Positions 22,402 through 33,341 of a stretch of DNA of 64,000 nucleotides are shown in pieces. Under the pieces are notes generated by a model. It did no database searches. It was not told the origin of the DNA and saw only the letters and a list, made by a program, of their open reading frames with translations. Each line of letters starts with the position of its first letter. Position 1 is the stretch's first letter. A program made the translations under genes and the position numbers. Source of the DNA: an uncultured Gammaproteobacteria bacterium (GTDB taxonomy: Bacteria; Patescibacteriota; Microgenomatia; Levybacterales; GWA1-39-11); the NCBI GenBank assembly GCA_964409875.1, contig CAYPEN010000001.1, positions 292,275 through 356,274 on the forward strand. Direction: 5' to 3'.

Positions 22402-22857
22402 ATGGCAAAACCGGGAATTGATTTTATTGGGATAACCACTCCTTTCTATTGCGTTGATGGATGTGGACATTTACTAATGCACAAGAGAAGTAAAAATTGC
22501 AGGGACGAAAAGGGTCGCTGGGATACAGGCGCCGGGCAACTTGATTTTGGGGAAGAGGTTGAAAAAGGAGTATTAAGGGAGGTAAAAGAAGAATATGGAT
22601 GTAGCGGCCGAATATTGGTACAAGTTCCACCCCACTCAGTTATCAGGGTTCAGAATGGGGTCAAAACACATTGGCTTGCCATTCCTCATATCGTGCTTGT
22701 TGACCCGAAAAAAGTAAAAAACAAAGAGCCCCATAAAATAGACGAGTTGGGATGGTTTTCTCTTGATGCTCTACCCTCCCCACTCCATTCTGCATTTAGA
22801 AGATATATTGTAAATACTGAACGGATTTTATTGCTCAAAAAGCACATAGGAGAGTGA
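22402..22857 (+). CDS. NUDIX hydrolase
   Basis: Nudix box GQLDFGEEVEKGVLREVKEEYG. Confidence 0.8.
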   Translation: MAKPGIDFIGITTPFYCVDGCGHLLMHKRSKNCRDEKGRWDTGAGQLDFGEEVEKGVLREVKEEYGCSGRILVQVPPHSVIRVQNGVKTHWLAIPHIVLVDPKKVKNKEPHKIDELGWFSLDALPSPLHSAFRRYIVNTERILLLKKHIGE

Positions 22858-22940
22858 AAAATGGTACAATAAATGCTATGCTGCATCATAGTTTTTATAT
22901 AAATCTGTGATGCAATTGTCACACAGGTATTACTGTTTTG

Positions 22941-22963
22941 TTAACTGCAAAACTGCAATACAC
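22941..22963 (+). promoter_or_regulatory. 22-nt motif taactgcaaa[a/t]actgcaataca. Copy 1 is 14 nt upstream of the PBP1A ATG; copy 2 is at 33717..33740.
   Basis: The two copies differ at one position. Each contains an internal direct repeat actgcaa(a/t)a x2. Confidence 0.3.
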
Positions 22964-22976
22964 TAACTCAATATAT

Positions 22977-25343
22977 ATGTATTACAGCAGACTGCGAAGG
23001 ACGTCGCAACGCCGTCGGTCTTCATTTTTTTCCGGTAAAGCAGCTTTTTTAGAGGCAAGACTTGCTAAATTTGCTTTCTTCGGACTTATAGGAATTATTA
23101 TCCTCGGCTTTTTGTATGTACTGTGGGTGAGCCGGGATTTACCTACTCCGGGGCGATTGGCAAACGGCAATATAAAAGATTCAACCCGGATTCTGGATAA
23201 GAATGGCAAGCTTCTCTACTCTTTTTATAAGGATTATAACCGTATCTATGTGCCGCTAGACCAGATACCACAAAACTTACGCAATGCGACAATTGCGACT
23301 GAAGACAAGAACTTTTACCGGAACAAAGGATTTTCGATAACCGGCATTTTAAGGGGTGTTGTTCTCGACCCTCTTCTGCGAAAAAGAGCGACAGGAGGTT
23401 CCACAATTACCCAGCAATTAGTAAAAATTGCATTGCTCTCTTCAGAAAGGAGCGTAACGCGTAAGTTAAAAGAGCTTATTCTTGCAGTCCAGGTTGACAA
23501 TAAATATTCAAAAGACCAAATTTTGGAAATGTATTTAAATAACATTCCCTATGGGGGAACGGCTGTTGGAATCGAGGCGGCAAGTAATTTATATTTCAAT
23601 AAGCACGCAAAAGACTTAACGCTTGCTGAGAGTGCTTTTTTGGCCGGACTCCCGCAGCTTCCCACGTATTATTCCCCCTATTCCAACCCTGACAAAACAT
23701 ATATCGGAAGGTCTGAGGATGTTTTAAATAGAATGAAAAGCGAGGGTTATATCTCGCAAAAGCAGGTGGATGAAAGCCTTAAGGCAATTAAAGGTTTTAC
23801 CTTCAAAGAACGTCGCACAGAGGCGATAAAGGCCCCTCATTTCGTCATGTATGTGAGGCAGCAGGTTGCCGAAATGTTCGGGGAAAATTACGTTAATAAC
23901 GGAAACCTCACGATAAAAACGACTCTTGATTCTGATATTCAGAGCGACAGTGAGGATATCGTCAGTAAGGAATTTGAGAACTTTAAAAATTATAAAGTCA
24001 AAAACGCCGCAGTTATGGTTTTGGACGTTAAGACCGGAGGAATACTGGCGATGATAGGAAGCCGTGATTATTTCAACGAGGATATAGACGGACAATTCAA
24101 CGCTGCAACTGCTCTTCGCCAGCCAGGTTCATCCCTCAAGCCTATTATGTATGCAACGGCATTTGAAAAGGGGTACACCCCGGCAACTCTTGTTATGGAT
24201 GTAAAGACCGACTTTCCAGTCAATGACGGCTCTGGAAACAACAATATGTATACGCCGGTGAATTACGATGGTAAATACAGAGGGCCTGTCCAGTTGCGCT
24301 TTGCATTAGGAAATTCTCTCAATGTGCCTGCTGTAAAGATGCTGGCCAGAGTCGGTGTCAAGCCTGTCATGCAAAAGGCATACGACATGGGAATCCTCAA
24401 CTGGGAGCCAACTTCCGATCACCTGCGCAATGTTGGTCTTTCTTTGGTTCTTGGAGGAAGGGAGGCCTCTCTAGTGCAGATAACATCTGCATACTCGGTA
24501 TTCGCCCGCGGTGGGGAAAGGAGAGAAACGTATGGCATTGAAGAGGTAGATGATACACATGGCAAAGTACTCTACAAGCATCAAGACAAAGGACAACAGC
24601 GGGTACTCACAAAGGAAGTAGCTTTTTTGATTTCCCATATTTTGCTTGACAATAATGCGCGAATGGATGCTTTCGGACCGAATTCATGGCTGGTTGTTGC
24701 GGGAAGAACTGTTGCGGTTAAAACAGGAACTACCGACCAAAAGCGCGATAACTGGACAATCGGATATACTCCCTCATATGCCGTCGGAGTATGGGTTGGT
24801 AACAATGACAATACTCCACTCGACCCCCGCATTGCATCCGGTATTACAGGCGCGTCTCCTATTTGGAATAAAGTAATGGCACGAGTTCTAAAAGGAACAC
24901 CGAGGGAAGAATTCCAAAAACCGGACAATGTCATAGACAAACAAATCGATGCATTTTCAGGAGGTCTTCCTATTGATGGCCAGAGCACGAGAGTAGAATA
25001 TTTTGTGAAAGGGACCGAACCTACGACCAAATCTCCTATATATAAGACGCTAAAGATGTCCCGGCACGATGGAGGCAAGCTCGCGTCCGATGAAGAAGTA
25101 TCTCGCAATGATTATGACACTATGGATGTAATCAATTTCACAGAGGACGACCCCGTTTCAACCGATGGGAAAAATAGATGGCAGGAGGCGATTGATGCGT
25201 GGGTTGGAGAACACTATAAAGACGATGGAAAATACAAGCGACCGACTGAGAAGTCGAATTACCATTACGATAATAATAACAATAATAACCCCACGCCTAC
25301 CCCTACTCCGACCTCGAGTCCCACTCCAAGCCCAACGCCTTGA
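22977..25343 (+). CDS. Class A penicillin-binding protein (transglycosylase + transpeptidase), PBP1A-like
   Basis: N-terminal TM anchor, GT51 motifs (EDKNFYRNKG, GGSTITQQLVK) and transpeptidase motifs. The C-terminus has an Asn6 and Pro/Thr/Ser-rich tail. The ORF-track start at 22938 is a TTG. Confidence 0.85.
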   Translation: MYYSRLRRTSQRRRSSFFSGKAAFLEARLAKFAFFGLIGIIILGFLYVLWVSRDLPTPGRLANGNIKDSTRILDKNGKLLYSFYKDYNRIYVPLDQIPQNLRNATIATEDKNFYRNKGFSITGILRGVVLDPLLRKRATGGSTITQQLVKIALLSSERSVTRKLKELILAVQVDNKYSKDQILEMYLNNIPYGGTAVGIEAASNLYFNKHAKDLTLAESAFLAGLPQLPTYYSPYSNPDKTYIGRSEDVLNRMKSEGYISQKQVDESLKAIKGFTFKERRTEAIKAPHFVMYVRQQVAEMFGENYVNNGNLTIKTTLDSDIQSDSEDIVSKEFENFKNYKVKNAAVMVLDVKTGGILAMIGSRDYFNEDIDGQFNAATALRQPGSSLKPIMYATAFEKGYTPATLVMDVKTDFPVNDGSGNNNMYTPVNYDGKYRGPVQLRFALGNSLNVPAVKMLARVGVKPVMQKAYDMGILNWEPTSDHLRNVGLSLVLGGREASLVQITSAYSVFARGGERRETYGIEEVDDTHGKVLYKHQDKGQQRVLTKEVAFLISHILLDNNARMDAFGPNSWLVVAGRTVAVKTGTTDQKRDNWTIGYTPSYAVGVWVGNNDNTPLDPRIASGITGASPIWNKVMARVLKGTPREEFQKPDNVIDKQIDAFSGGLPIDGQSTRVEYFVKGTEPTTKSPIYKTLKMSRHDGGKLASDEEVSRNDYDTMDVINFTEDDPVSTDGKNRWQEAIDAWVGEHYKDDGKYKRPTEKSNYHYDNNNNNNPTPTPTPTSSPTPSPTP

Positions 25344-25375
25344 CAGGCACCCTCTCTATGGAGTTCACTTAAAGT

Positions 25376-26413
25376 ATGGGAATGTTTGATTTCTTGGTTT
25401 TAAAACAGGAGAATTCTTTGCAGGAAAAAGACAGTGAAAATATGGGCGATGGAGGAATTGTAAAAAATGCAACATTTGTCCGTTACGAAAAGAACCCTAT
25501 TATTGCTCCCGACCCAAATGTTTCATGGAGGTCAGTTGCAACATACAACCCAGCTGTTATATATCTTGAAAGGAAAGTGCACCTTTTGTATAGGGCTCAA
25601 GGAAAAGATAAGGTTTCTACGCTCGGATATGCTTCAAGCACCGATGGGTTCACATTCACTGATTTTTCAGAAAAGCCGGTATATACTCCCCGGGAGCCTT
25701 ACGAGATGATGACAACACCCGGTTGGAATTCTGGATGCGAGGACCCGCGTATTACAAAGATAAATGGAAGACTTTATTTGACGTACACTGCATATGATGG
25801 AGCCAATCCTCCCCGTGTTGCTCTTTCTTCAATCTCCGTTTCAGATTTTTTGGAGAAAAAATGGAGCTGGTCAATGCCGAAGCTTATCTCTCCTCCCGGG
25901 GTAGATGACAAAGACTGTTGCATTATAGAAAAAGCAAAAGGTGCCGGGCTAGTGGCTTTTCACAGGCTCGGAAATGTTATTTGGCTTGATAGCCTGAGGG
26001 ATTTGAATTTTCCAAGAGAAAAATTCCTCACAGGCGGAATCATGGCACAAGCGAGAGCGGATTTTTGGGACAACGTAAAGATTGGTATTGCGGGCCCACC
26101 CATAGAAACATCCCGTGGATGGTTGCTTTTCTATCATGCGGTATCAAATCCGGGATTTTTCTATAAAATCGGGGCGATGCTTTTGGATTTTGATGATCCC
26201 AGGATTATTCTTATGAGAAGTACCCGTCCGCTTCTTGAACCGGAAATGCCGTATGAGAAAGAGGGTCAGGTTAAAAATATCGTTTTTTCATGTGGTGCTG
26301 CTGTTCTTGGTGGGACGGTATTTTTGTACTACGGCGGGGGCGACACAGTGGTGTGTCTTGCAACAATGAAACTGACTGACGTTTTGGATTCTTTGGAGAG
26401 ATACCACGATTAG
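25376..26413 (+). CDS. GH130-family (DUF377) glycosidase / glycoside phosphorylase-like beta-propeller
   Basis: The pattern NPII.PDP...YNPAV...LLYRAQG...GCEDPRI...YLTYTAYDG...GWLLFYHAV...YYGGGD matches the GH130 architecture as I recall it. Confidence 0.55.
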   Translation: MGMFDFLVLKQENSLQEKDSENMGDGGIVKNATFVRYEKNPIIAPDPNVSWRSVATYNPAVIYLERKVHLLYRAQGKDKVSTLGYASSTDGFTFTDFSEKPVYTPREPYEMMTTPGWNSGCEDPRITKINGRLYLTYTAYDGANPPRVALSSISVSDFLEKKWSWSMPKLISPPGVDDKDCCIIEKAKGAGLVAFHRLGNVIWLDSLRDLNFPREKFLTGGIMAQARADFWDNVKIGIAGPPIETSRGWLLFYHAVSNPGFFYKIGAMLLDFDDPRIILMRSTRPLLEPEMPYEKEGQVKNIVFSCGAAVLGGTVFLYYGGGDTVVCLATMKLTDVLDSLERYHD

Positions 26414-26457
26414 AATTTTTGCTCGCTTCAAAATGCGTAATTTGCTATAGTAATAAT

Positions 26458-27255
26458 ATGTTTCGAAAGCTTTTTGTTGTTTTCTTTTTCCTACTTTTTT
26501 TTCTTCAAGCGCCGTTCCTTTATGCCCAATCGCCTACTCCGCGCCAGGAAGTAAATGGTGCGGCGACTCTTGGGGTCGCCCACATGGTTGAAGTTGCAAA
26601 AAAAGATGTGCCAGATGGAAGCATTCTTTCATCAGGAACAAAAGGAGCAATTCAGACCGTTGTTCCTTACGACTCGCAAGTTTTGGGCGTTGTGTCTCGT
26701 GATGCTGCTATTATTTTCAATACGGCAACAGCAACAAATATTGTTCCTGTCATTTCTACCGGCACGGTATATGTATTGGTCAATTCCAGTGAAGGAACCA
26801 TCAAAAAGGGAGACCTTCTGACTTCATCGACTACCCCTGGTGTTGCTGTAAAGGCGACAAAAGAAGGTTTTGTTTTGGGGAGTGCGATGGAGGATTATGC
26901 CAACTCCGACAAAAAAAAGGTGGATAAAATTGCCGCAAACCTTGACCTTCATTACTTCAATTCAAAGCCCACTTTCCCCGGAACGCTCTCAGATGTATTT
27001 AAGTTGGTTCTGCTGCCCACCAAAGAAGGACCAAATCCAGTTTTTAAGTACATCATGGCAGGTTTAGTTGTATTGGGTTCTATGATTCTTGCTTTCTTAA
27101 GTTTTGGAAGAGCTGCAGCCAAAGGTGTTGAGGCACTAGGTCGTAATCCAGCTGCATCCCGCATCATACATCTTGGAATTATTTTTAATGTCACAATAGT
27201 TGTTGCTATTGCCGCTGCCGGACTTGTCGTGGCATTTTTAATCCTCCGTTTGTAA
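26458..27255 (+). CDS. Hypothetical exported protein with an N-terminal signal peptide and a C-terminal two-helix hydrophobic hairpin
   Basis: MFRKLFVVFFFLLFFLQAPFLYAQ signal peptide. The C-terminal ~70 aa form two hydrophobic helices separated by GRNPAASR. Confidence 0.4.
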   Translation: MFRKLFVVFFFLLFFLQAPFLYAQSPTPRQEVNGAATLGVAHMVEVAKKDVPDGSILSSGTKGAIQTVVPYDSQVLGVVSRDAAIIFNTATATNIVPVISTGTVYVLVNSSEGTIKKGDLLTSSTTPGVAVKATKEGFVLGSAMEDYANSDKKKVDKIAANLDLHYFNSKPTFPGTLSDVFKLVLLPTKEGPNPVFKYIMAGLVVLGSMILAFLSFGRAAAKGVEALGRNPAASRIIHLGIIFNVTIVVAIAAAGLVVAFLILRL

Positions 27256-27343
27256 TAGTTAAGAAAGAAGTTGACTCATTTTCGTTCTCGCTGGATTGGT
27301 GTGGTTTTTGCACCTCGGGGTGTACATGTAGTAATAAGGATAT

Positions 27344-27871
27344 TTATAGCAGTTTTCTTATTTTCGAGGTCAGTTGGTCTATCGGTCCGTTGTTGTCGAT
27401 GACGATTACTCCCTCTACATCACAACTTGTGAATGTATACTCTTCATCTTTTTTAAGCAATTTCTCAAGGTCTCCTTTGTCTATGTCTTTCCGTCTTTCA
27501 ATAATTCTTCCCACACGGATGTCTTTCTCAGCGTCAATGTAAAGGGATAAAATGTCAGGGTATCTTTTTCTCAAATATTCTGCCTCAGTCCTATCTCTCG
27601 ACCCATCAAACACTACTCTATCACTTTCATTTGCCAACTCAACTATTCTTCGGGCGACGATATCATTTCCTTGGTATCTCTTGAGGTTGTCATAGACGGC
27701 GTTCATGTTTTACCGATTTAACTCCAGTCCTTGAGCTACTGTTTCCTCTCTTACGATCTGTGAAAGATTGAGGACAGTAAACTTATAATTGTTCTGTAAA
27801 TAATTGGCAACTGTACTTTTTCCTCCACCCATCGGTCCAAGCAAGTGAATTTTGGTAATTTTTGATTCCAT
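27344..27871 (-). pseudogene. P-loop nucleotide kinase-like gene interrupted by an in-frame TAA after codon 53
   Basis: The N-terminal part MESKITKIHLLGPMGGGKSTVANYL... (Walker A) stops at the TAA at 27710..27712 in the same frame as the 120-aa ORF 27344..27706 (NMNAVYDNLKRY...VVFDGSRDRTEAEYL...). I verified the frame codon by codon. Confidence 0.5.
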
Positions 27872-28022
27872 CCCGCAATTATATCATTTGCAAATTATAG
27901 GATGAAGTGGTTTGCAGAAAATAAAAAGTTATAGGCCTAATAGCTTCAAATCTAATTTCTTTCTTCCGCTATATATACTGACATCTTCACAAAAGCTTCA
28001 ATTTACCTTACTATGTATCTAT

Positions 28023-28757
28023 ATGCCTGCCCTGTTGTTTCAGGTTATTACTGTTGTGTTTGACCTGTCGGTAATAGTCTTTGTTGCCGTCTATGTAATG
28101 GGCGTCAGAAAGAAGGAAAAGGACGTTGACAAGAAGGAAGGAAAAATCGAGCACGATTACCAGGCAATAGTCGAGCAAAGCAGGACACAGGAGCGGCAAA
28201 TAATTGAAAATGCGATGTCCCAATCAAATCAAATGATGCAGATAGCAACGCACCAGGCCAACCAAATTCTTGCTGGTACACAGTTCATGACCCAGTCCAC
28301 AAGGACAACGCTTGAAGCGGCGCTTCAAAAGATGGTTGTAGAGGTGCAAAATACGGGTTCCAACTCAAAGATAGCACTTGAGCAATCCTTGCAAAAAATA
28401 ATTAATGATGTACATAAAGAAGCGTTTAATTCGGGAAATGAAGCGGCATCGCACTATCAGGCGTCATTAAAACAAATAACTTCCGTGTCTCTTACAGGTT
28501 TTCAAAATGTTACCAATCAACTCGAGCTTTCACTTCAACAGCAGATTAAAGAATTCAGGACTACTTTACTTGCCAACCTTGAGAAAGAGGTTGAAAGTTA
28601 TAAACAGTCAAAAATTCACCGGATTGACCAGGCATCGAGCATCATTGTCCAAAGGGTTGCGCAAGAAGTGTTAAATAAATCACTTACACTTGATGACCAT
28701 GAGAATCTTGTCATCCAATCGCTTGAGAAGGCAAAGAAGGAAGGAGTATTCGACTAA
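28023..28757 (+). CDS. atpF: F-type ATP synthase subunit b-like (single TM helix plus a long coiled-coil)
   Basis: MPALLFQVITVVFDLSVIVFVAVYVMG TM helix, then an extended charged and Gln-rich helix. It lies immediately upstream of delta with a TAATG overlap. At 244 aa it is long for a b subunit. Confidence 0.45.
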   Translation: MPALLFQVITVVFDLSVIVFVAVYVMGVRKKEKDVDKKEGKIEHDYQAIVEQSRTQERQIIENAMSQSNQMMQIATHQANQILAGTQFMTQSTRTTLEAALQKMVVEVQNTGSNSKIALEQSLQKIINDVHKEAFNSGNEAASHYQASLKQITSVSLTGFQNVTNQLELSLQQQIKEFRTTLLANLEKEVESYKQSKIHRIDQASSIIVQRVAQEVLNKSLTLDDHENLVIQSLEKAKKEGVFD

Positions 28758-29284
28758 TGGAAACAATTGACCTTTCGGACCTGTTCCACACAAAAGCTCA
28801 AGCTGGCGATTTTTCTGCTCGGCTTGCAGTTATCACAAAAAAAATATTTGAGACAAGCTTTAATCCGGAAGCAGCGCTTCTTGAAAGCTTTGGAATAAAG
28901 AAGAAAGACACCCTTATGACGCTTCTTCGCAACAACAATATCAACCCCGAGTCCCGTCTTGCGATAAAAGAATTTTTTGAGAAAATCCAACAAAAAATTA
29001 CTTCCCTTCCCGTTCTCTCCATTATTCTTGCCTTTGAACCGAAGGAAGCGACTTTAAGAACGCTCTCAAGTTGGTTTGTGCTTAATACCAACAAGCAAGT
29101 CCTTTTTGATATTTCGGTTGATACGGCTCTTATCGGTGGTGCTGCAATATATTCCAACGGGAAATATCTTGATTTTTCAATACGCTCTGTATTTCATAAA
29201 GCCGCAAATGACATAGCAGTTATGAATGGACTTGTCCCCCAACAAGCAAATCAGGTAGCTTCCAGAAAGGACACAAACGCATGA
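28757..29284 (+). CDS. atpH: F-type ATP synthase subunit delta (OSCP)
   Basis: Its C-terminal LIGGAAIYSNGKYLDFSIRS resembles the OSCP tail. It shows ATGA coupling to atpA. Confidence 0.6.
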   Translation: METIDLSDLFHTKAQAGDFSARLAVITKKIFETSFNPEAALLESFGIKKKDTLMTLLRNNNINPESRLAIKEFFEKIQQKITSLPVLSIILAFEPKEATLRTLSSWFVLNTNKQVLFDISVDTALIGGAAIYSNGKYLDFSIRSVFHKAANDIAVMNGLVPQQANQVASRKDTNA

Positions 29285-30756
29285 ATAACGAATTTCAGAC
29301 ACTTTTACAGAAAGCAGGAGAATACGGCATCGTCTATCAGGTGAGCCATCCTATTGTTTTTATTGAAGGACTGCCGAAAGTAAGAACGCATGAGGTAATT
29401 ATTTTTGAAACAGGACAAAAGGCTGAAGTATTTACTATCAATAGAGGTAAAATTGAGGCCCGTGTATTTTCCCATGAGCCTGTTAAGGTTGGAACGATGG
29501 CGACTCGTACCGGGGCTATTCTTGCTGTTCCGGTCGGACCAGAGCTTTTGGGACATACAATTGACCCTTTGGGCGATCTACTTGACCCATCAATAAAGTA
29601 TACAAAACCAGCCACAAGCCGTGACATGGATGCAAAGCCTATTGGTATTTCGGGAAGGCAAAAAATAACAAAGCATCTGGTAACCGGCATTTCACTTATC
29701 GATTTGCTGGTGCCATTAGGGCGCGGGCAGCGGGAACTTATTATTGGAGACAGGAAAACAGGTAAAACTTCAGTTTTGATGACAACTATCAAAAGCCAAA
29801 TCTTTGAAGGAAATATTGTTATTTATGCAGCAATAGCAAAGAAAAAAAGCGATATAAAAAGGCTTCAGGAATTTTTCGAGGCAGAAAAAATAATGGACAA
29901 AATAATAATTGTCGCAACCAGTTCTTATGACTCCCCAACTCTTATCTACCAAACACCATATGCGGCAATGACTATTGCTGAATATTTCCGCGACCAGGGA
30001 GTCAACACGATAGTTGTTCTTGACGATCTTTCAAATCACGCAAAGTTTTACCGTGAGCTGTCTCTTCTTGCCCGCCGCTTCCCGGGCCGCGATTCGTATC
30101 CGGGAGACATTTTTTATGCCCATTCAAAACTCCTGGAGCGGGCTGGAAATTTCAAACACCCAAAAACCGGCGAGGTAGCAATTACGTGCCTTCCTGTTAT
30201 TGAGATTATTGAAGGAGACTTTACTGGCTATATTTCTACAAATGTCATGGGAATAACCGACGGCCACATTTATCTAGATGCAAATATTTATTATCAAGGG
30301 ATGCGGCCTGCAGTCAATATTCCGCTTTCAGTGACGAGGGTCGGAAGACAAACACTAGATAAATTGTCCCGGGATATTAATAAGGACTTGACTGCATTTC
30401 TGACTGAATTTAATAGGTTGCAGAATATTTCCCATTTCGGGCAGGAATTAACTGATGACGTAAAGAAGAACCTGCGTCTTGGCGAGCTTGTCAATAAATT
30501 TTTCAGTCAACCGTACGAGGAAATTGTTCCCCAGAAAGTGCAGGTTGTTATTATCTCTCTTATCCTTCAGAATGTAATCCAGACGAAAGAAGAGCTCGAA
30601 GAAACGAAGAAATTTCTTATTGCCGTTTACTACGACCGTGCAAGGCAGAAAATACTGTATGATATTACTAACACAAATGACATTAAAGTTTTTCATGAGA
30701 ACGTAATGAAGAACAAAGAACACCTTATGCCGCAAAAATCAGCGGTGAAAAATTAA
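29281..30756 (+). CDS. atpA: F-type ATP synthase subunit alpha
   Basis: GDRKTGKTSV P-loop at 491 aa. Confidence 0.95.
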   Translation: MNNEFQTLLQKAGEYGIVYQVSHPIVFIEGLPKVRTHEVIIFETGQKAEVFTINRGKIEARVFSHEPVKVGTMATRTGAILAVPVGPELLGHTIDPLGDLLDPSIKYTKPATSRDMDAKPIGISGRQKITKHLVTGISLIDLLVPLGRGQRELIIGDRKTGKTSVLMTTIKSQIFEGNIVIYAAIAKKKSDIKRLQEFFEAEKIMDKIIIVATSSYDSPTLIYQTPYAAMTIAEYFRDQGVNTIVVLDDLSNHAKFYRELSLLARRFPGRDSYPGDIFYAHSKLLERAGNFKHPKTGEVAITCLPVIEIIEGDFTGYISTNVMGITDGHIYLDANIYYQGMRPAVNIPLSVTRVGRQTLDKLSRDINKDLTAFLTEFNRLQNISHFGQELTDDVKKNLRLGELVNKFFSQPYEEIVPQKVQVVIISLILQNVIQTKEELEETKKFLIAVYYDRARQKILYDITNTNDIKVFHENVMKNKEHLMPQKSAVKN

Positions 30757-30953
30757 CTATGCCACAAAGAAAAATAAGCAAAGCTTGTTTCTCTTTGTTT
30801 GAGATAAAGACGTAATATATTGTAAAGAAAAATAAGCAAAGCTTGTTTCTCTTTGTTTGAGATAAGGACGTAATATGTTGTAAAGAAAAATAAGCAAAGC
30901 TTGTTTCTCTTTGTTTGAGATTATAAAAAATTAACTATGCCACAAAGAAAAAT
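30748..30953 (+). repeat. 58-bp tandem repeat (2.5 copies: 30775..30832, 30833..30890, 30891..~30921) bracketed by a 28-bp direct duplication (30748..30775 and 30926..30953) of the atpA stop / atpG start region
   Basis: The unit is taagcaaagcttgtttctctttgtttgagataaagacgtaatatattgtaaagaaaaa; copy 2 has two substitutions. The duplicated 28-mer aaaaattaactatgccacaaagaaaaat includes the atpG ATG, so a decoy MPQRKISKACFSLFEIKT mini-ORF begins at 30759. Confidence 0.85.
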
Positions 30954-31824
30954 CATTGCTGAAAACCTCGAGGCGCTAAACAGCTTAAAAGATTTAGCAG
31001 AAAGCTATGAAGAAATTGCCGTTATTCGTATGCAAAAAATTAAGGACTCAGTTCTTAAGACTCGTGATTTTTTGCAGGATTTATCTGATGTTTTTGTCGA
31101 CTTAAAGTCTTCCTATGATCGGGAAGTGAAGGAACTTATTGCAAGGAGAAAAACAGGGGACAAGACAATCCTGCCTCTTCTTCAGAAAAATGGCAAAACG
31201 CTTCTCGTGTACCTCTCTTCCAACGGTAGGTTGTATGGTTCTGTCACACAAAAAACCTACAAACTATTCATTCAAGATCTTAAGAAACCAGACAACCAGA
31301 ATAGCGACCTGCTTATTATAGGAAGTGCAGGCAAAGAAATGTATGAAGCATCGGGCGCTGCACGGCCTTTCACATACTTTGAGATACCGGACGTTGGAGT
31401 TGATTTGGCTCACATCAAGCAACTCATGCAGAAATTTTTGCAGTATGAAAAAGTGCATGTGTATTACGGAAAATTTGATAACGTGGTAAACCAAACTCCT
31501 ATCGGAACCAGCATCACAGGAGAAAATATCTTTGAGTCCGAGGTTGTTGAAACCATAAGCCGCGATGACAGGTTCATTTTTGAGCCAATTTTGGAGAAAA
31601 TATTTTACTTTTTCGAAACGCAAATTATAGCCAACCTTTTCTCACAAACGCTTCTTGAAAATCAACTTGCCCGCCACGCCTCACGGGTCAACGCTATGGA
31701 GGAAGCACTCATCCACATTGAGGAGGAATCAAAAAAACTGGTAAAAGCGAAGAACACTATCAAACACCAGTTGCAAAACAGAAAGCAACTCGAGACCATT
31801 GCCGGTCTTACACTTTGGAGTTAG
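30937..31824 (+). CDS. atpG: F-type ATP synthase subunit gamma
   Basis: A 295-aa ORF with N- and C-terminal coiled-coil helices of the gamma subunit (MPQRKIIAENLEALNSL...). Confidence 0.85.
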   Translation: MPQRKIIAENLEALNSLKDLAESYEEIAVIRMQKIKDSVLKTRDFLQDLSDVFVDLKSSYDREVKELIARRKTGDKTILPLLQKNGKTLLVYLSSNGRLYGSVTQKTYKLFIQDLKKPDNQNSDLLIIGSAGKEMYEASGAARPFTYFEIPDVGVDLAHIKQLMQKFLQYEKVHVYYGKFDNVVNQTPIGTSITGENIFESEVVETISRDDRFIFEPILEKIFYFFETQIIANLFSQTLLENQLARHASRVNAMEEALIHIEEESKKLVKAKNTIKHQLQNRKQLETIAGLTLWS

Positions 31825-33333
<1,509 letters not shown>

Positions 33334-33341
33334 GAAAAGAT

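Noticed and set aside
26458-27255. Calling the exported protein an ATP synthase c subunit because of its C-terminal helix-loop-helix (GRNPAASR loop)
   Set aside because: The second helix lacks the conserved ion-binding Asp or Glu, and the protein has a 190-aa N-terminal exported domain. The resemblance is superficial. It is kept only as a remark under the ATP synthase finding.
27256-27343. Looked for tRNA or other structured RNA genes in intergenic spacers (27256..27343, 18955..19019, 17112..17169, 22858..22976)
   Set aside because: No cloverleaf-compatible acceptor, T-arm (GTTC) or anticodon stem arrangement could be found by eye. I cannot run tRNAscan, so small RNAs cannot be excluded.
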